DNA of 57,328 nucleotides from IMG/VR virus record IMGVR_UViG_3300032208_000014, positions 1 to 57,328 of that record; one strand, given 5' to 3'. Source of the stretch: a virus. Its lineage: Duplodnaviria > Caudoviricetes. A program made the translations under genes and the position numbers. Positions 55,006 through 57,328 of the stretch are shown here, in pieces. A model generated the notes under the pieces. It searched no databases, was not told the DNA's origin, and worked only from the letters and a program-made list of their open reading frames with translations. The stretch's first letter is position 1. Each line of letters starts with the position of its first letter.

Positions 55006-55383
55006 CTACCACCAGCAATCGTAAAACACTCTGGCGTTGTCTGACAATTCTTGTCTCGCCCATTGGCAAAACTCTAAATCCCTGTCACGGTATTCCTCTT
55101 GCGACTCATCTTGAAATTGATGACCCCAAAAACATCCGCCTTCTGAGTGTGGTAAAGTTTTAGTTTTAATTGCTTCTTCCAGCTGGTCGATATCATCAAG
55201 AGACAGTTCAACAGGGTTGCAATTAAAATCGCGCTCACCATTAACTCCACCTTTCTTGTTGAATACATCCACCATAAACTCGTGAAGTTTAGCGTGTTTG
55301 CGCCATTGAAATTGGAAGTGAACATTCCCTTCCTTTACATCATCCATATCATCTGCTGAAAATGCATATTGGTCTAAACCCAT
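55006..55383 (-). CDS. Early phage protein (MGLD/WRK type)
   Basis: AGGAGG RBS; MGLDQY, WRKH..LH, FNC, YDCWW. Confidence 0.75.
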   Translation of the reverse strand: MGLDQYAFSADDMDDVKEGNVHFQFQWRKHAKLHEFMVDVFNKKGGVNGERDFNCNPVELSLDDIDQLEEAIKTKTLPHSEGGCFWGHQFQDESQEEYRDRDLEFCQWARQELSDNARVFYDCWW

Positions 55384-55392
55384 TTTGTCCTC

Positions 55393-55761
55393 CTATGCTA
55401 CGATTTCTAATTGTGTTTCAGATAAGCCAATTTCTAGTTCGCATGTTTCCATCATACGCTGAACCTGTTTCTTGGCTAATGGGATAAACTCCGCAAAGTC
55501 ATCACGACTAACCGCGTAAGTCTTGTCCCAAATGTCAGGCTGGTTTCTGTCATAGCCCTTAGCATAAATGACATGAACACCATCTGCGCCATCTATGTCA
55601 CGCTCGGCAGATGGTGACATAACATAAATGCCATCATCTTTAACCAACCACAATCCATAGTCGTCTGTTGTTTCGTCAACGTATGGAATCTTGCGATCAT
55701 GTTTCATCATGTGCGTTAGCATACGCTGAAACTCTTTACTCTTAAATTTTAGTCTATGCAT
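55393..55761 (-). CDS. DUF3085-like protein
   Basis: LWLVKDDGIYVMS...YAKG...DDFAE; ATGGAGGT RBS. Confidence 0.7.
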   Translation of the reverse strand: MHRLKFKSKEFQRMLTHMMKHDRKIPYVDETTDDYGLWLVKDDGIYVMSPSAERDIDGADGVHVIYAKGYDRNQPDIWDKTYAVSRDDFAEFIPLAKKQVQRMMETCELEIGLSETQLEIVA

Positions 55762-55794
55762 TATTACCTCCATATAGACTGTTGTTGATGTCTC

Positions 55795-55823
55795 ATCATA
55801 CCATAATAACAAGTATAAAACAA
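55795..55823 (-). promoter_or_regulatory. Early promoter
   Basis: TTGTTT-17 nt-TATGAT with extended TG. Confidence 0.7.
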
Positions 55824-55825
55824 AC

Positions 55826-55853
55826 AAAAAGGGCGGCATTTCTGCCGCCCCTT
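55826..55853 (-). terminator. Intrinsic terminator
   Basis: GGGCGGCA-GAAA-TGCCGCCC-TTTTT on the minus strand. Confidence 0.85.
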
Positions 55854-55872
55854 CCGCATCCTATGGAGGAAT

Positions 55873-56154
55873 TTATGGATGAACATAGTCCCATCGTCTA
55901 GGATTGTCTCTATGATTTTCATCAAACGGTGGGTTGTCCACAATCTCGACCTTATCGCCCATGCTCTCTAGTTTGTGGATGAACTTAGGAAGATCAACAT
56001 CCTCTTCAAGAGCATAGATTTCTCGGTTAGGCGTGCAATAAGAAAACTTGCTGATATCGTTTTCTGTCATTCTCGCATGAGCGAGCTGATGTTTTGTGAC
56101 AAGTCCCCATCCATGCGATGGGTCAGATACAAATGTTACGGTTGTGGTGTGCAT
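55873..56154 (-). CDS. Early phage protein (DP.HGW / LEED motif)
   Basis: ATGGAGG RBS; SDPSHGW...IS.FSY...LEEDVD. Confidence 0.7.
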   Translation of the reverse strand: MHTTTVTFVSDPSHGWGLVTKHQLAHARMTENDISKFSYCTPNREIYALEEDVDLPKFIHKLESMGDKVEIVDNPPFDENHRDNPRRWDYVHP

Positions 56155-56186
56155 ATTATCCTCCATTAGACTGTTAGCAATAATTT

Positions 56187-56215
56187 ATATTATCACATCA
56201 AGACAGAATAAACAA
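56187..56215 (-). promoter_or_regulatory. Early promoter
   Basis: TTGTTT-17 nt-TAATAT. Confidence 0.6.
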
Positions 56216-56227
56216 ATAAAATTAATC

Positions 56228-56262
56228 GGGTTCGGGTCGGGATTGTTCGGGTCGGGTTCGGG
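56228..56262 (+). repeat. TCGGG cluster, G-quadruplex-compatible
   Basis: Six GGG runs: GGGTTCGGGTCGGGATTGTTCGGGTCGGGTTCGGG. Confidence 0.8.
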
Positions 56263-56340
56263 ACTGGTGAGACTGGTGACATGGTCGGCAGGCCATGTCT
56301 TTTATATAGTAAGAACACTATTTGAACAAAACTCCAGTCG

Positions 56341-56368
56341 AAAAAAATGGGCGGATTGCTCCGCCCAT
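56341..56368 (-). terminator. Intrinsic terminator
   Basis: ATGGGCGGA-GCAA-TCCGCCCAT-TTTTTT on the minus strand. Confidence 0.85.
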
Positions 56369-56372
56369 CCTA

Positions 56373-56633
56373 TTAGTCCAGCAGTACCATGTAGGCACGC
56401 GGCTCATGCTGCCTGAACCAATCCAGACCAGCGCGTACAATTTGCCAATGCTCTTCGCGTCCAGATTTTTCTGCTAACATTTGCGTGCCCATGATAACGT
56501 CATAGACTGCTACTGCATCTGGTGAGAGCATTACGCTCTCACCTGTAAAAATGTTTGATACCTCTTCTGGCTCATCAAGAACCATGCATTTAAATGGTAA
56601 TTCTCTTTTCATATCCACAATGCTCCGTCCCAA
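56373..56633 (-). CDS. Early phage protein
   Basis: NIFTGES.ML...AVYD.I.G...GLDWFR...YMVLLD; start uncertain (56612 also possible). Confidence 0.65.
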   Translation of the reverse strand: MGRSIVDMKRELPFKCMVLDEPEEVSNIFTGESVMLSPDAVAVYDVIMGTQMLAEKSGREEHWQIVRAGLDWFRQHEPRAYMVLLD

Positions 56634-56791
56634 TAATCTTCATTAGCGCAATTGATTGCCTCTTTTGGAGACAGGCCGTCCTGATAGTAATCATACCAGC
56701 TGGCATCAGGTAGATCATCGATGCCTAGACCAATAAGAGAAGACACGATTTTGTCGCACTGCTCATACCATTTCATGAATTTATTTTCCAT
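56609..56791 (-). CDS. Small acidic early protein
   Basis: ATGGAGGT RBS before MENKF; DDLPD..W.DYY.DG.SP. Confidence 0.65.
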   Translation of the reverse strand: MENKFMKWYEQCDKIVSSLIGLGIDDLPDASWYDYYQDGLSPKEAINCANEDYWDGALWI

Positions 56792-56806
56792 TGTTACCTC
56801 CATAGG

Positions 56807-56835
56807 AAAATTGGCTAGGCCATGATGGCCTAGCC
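56807..56835 (-). terminator. Hairpin / weak terminator
   Basis: GGCTAGGCCA-TCA-TGGCCTAGCC followed by AATTTT. Confidence 0.55.
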
Positions 56836-56842
56836 TAGGTGA

Positions 56843-57085
56843 TTATTTCCAAGTAAACATTTTGCGTGTTTGCGTGTATGCCTCTTTAGCGGCATATTGA
56901 AAATCCTGCTCTTGATAAAAAGCATAGCCTGCGTCAACCGCTAGCGACTGCGTGTCTTTCAAGCGAGCTTGTGTTTTCTTGATAATTTCCTTCAGGTGAT
57001 AAACCTCAGCCTGCATGGCCTCTTTGTCACCTGAAGTAGCTAATTTCTTAGCGGCAGTTAAGTCTTTTTGGATTTGATGTAACAT
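56843..57085 (-). CDS. First early gene, coiled-coil protein
   Basis: ATGGAGGT RBS and own promoter. Confidence 0.7.
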   Translation of the reverse strand: MLHQIQKDLTAAKKLATSGDKEAMQAEVYHLKEIIKKTQARLKDTQSLAVDAGYAFYQEQDFQYAAKEAYTQTRKMFTWK

Positions 57086-57122
57086 AATCTTACCTCCATA
57101 GTTTGGTTATGTTTACCTAGTA

Positions 57123-57151
57123 AACATAATACTTAAACATATAAAAAACAA
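57123..57151 (-). promoter_or_regulatory. Early promoter
   Basis: TTGTTT-17 nt-TATGTT. Confidence 0.65.
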
Positions 57152-57172
57152 GTGATAAGCAGCTTTTTTTGT

Positions 57173-57313
57173 GTCAAACGTTTGACAGGCTCGGCTGGTC
57201 CTGGCGTCAAATTACTGACGCGTTTGTCAAATTATTGACTTGACAAGGGGTTACTTGGGGTATTTCGGACGGGTCGTCAAATTATTGACACCCCACCCCG
57301 TCAAATTTTTGAC
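57173..57313. repeat. Five GTCAA-N4-TTGAC palindromes at the right end
   Basis: Copies start at 57173, 57206 (one mismatch), 57226, 57276 and 57300. Confidence 0.85.
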
Positions 57314-57328
57314 GGGTCTGTGCCGCCC

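Noticed and set aside
57173-57313. Mini-CRISPR array
   Set aside because: Repeats are only 14 nt with irregular gaps of 6-36 nt.
1-57328. Direct terminal repeats
   Set aside because: The first and last bases show no match by eye, so completeness and terminus type cannot be established.
1-57328. tRNA genes, introns, inteins, alternative genetic code
   Set aside because: No cloverleaf was noticed in the few intergenic gaps; TerL, PolA and the helicases are uninterrupted and of normal length; TAG, TGA and TAA all end genes normally. A tRNAscan/Infernal run would be needed to be certain.

Overview
The window looks like a near-complete ~57 kb genome of a tailed dsDNA phage, probably podovirus-like. 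Gene content and order resemble marine uvMED / HTVC023P- / CRP-901-like phages, so a marine alphaproteobacterial host is inferred, not shown. Layout: (1) 72-37864 (+) is the packaging and virion arm: GNAT, TerL, portal, membrane/holin genes, GroES-like, scaffold, major capsid protein (MCP), basic proteins, adaptors, a modular receptor-binding array at ~17.3-25.3 kb, tail nozzle, ejection proteins, lysozyme and a nuclease. (2) 37935-44736 (-) is the replication arm: PolA, SF1 helicase, AlpA-like, primase-polymerase, SSB-like. (3) 44815-48327 (+) holds a SNF2 helicase and Mom-like and PAPS-reductase-like genes. (4) 48319-52419 (-) holds small genes and a C5 methyltransferase. (5) An iteron-like repeat block, TerS and a VRR-NUC-like nuclease follow. 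(6) 53699-57085 (-) holds early promoter-gene-terminator cassettes, and five palindromes mark the right end. No integrase, RNA polymerase, tRNA, CRISPR or reverse transcriptase was seen. The most novel signal is a three-gene block at 48319-48967. It encodes a protein with a synonymously recoded copy of the MCP N-terminal peptide plus an AT-hook, an unannotated ribbon-helix-helix protein, and an unannotated ArfA-like peptide whose ORF runs through an intrinsic terminator (non-stop mRNA logic). All family calls come from motif recognition by eye; no database searches were run.
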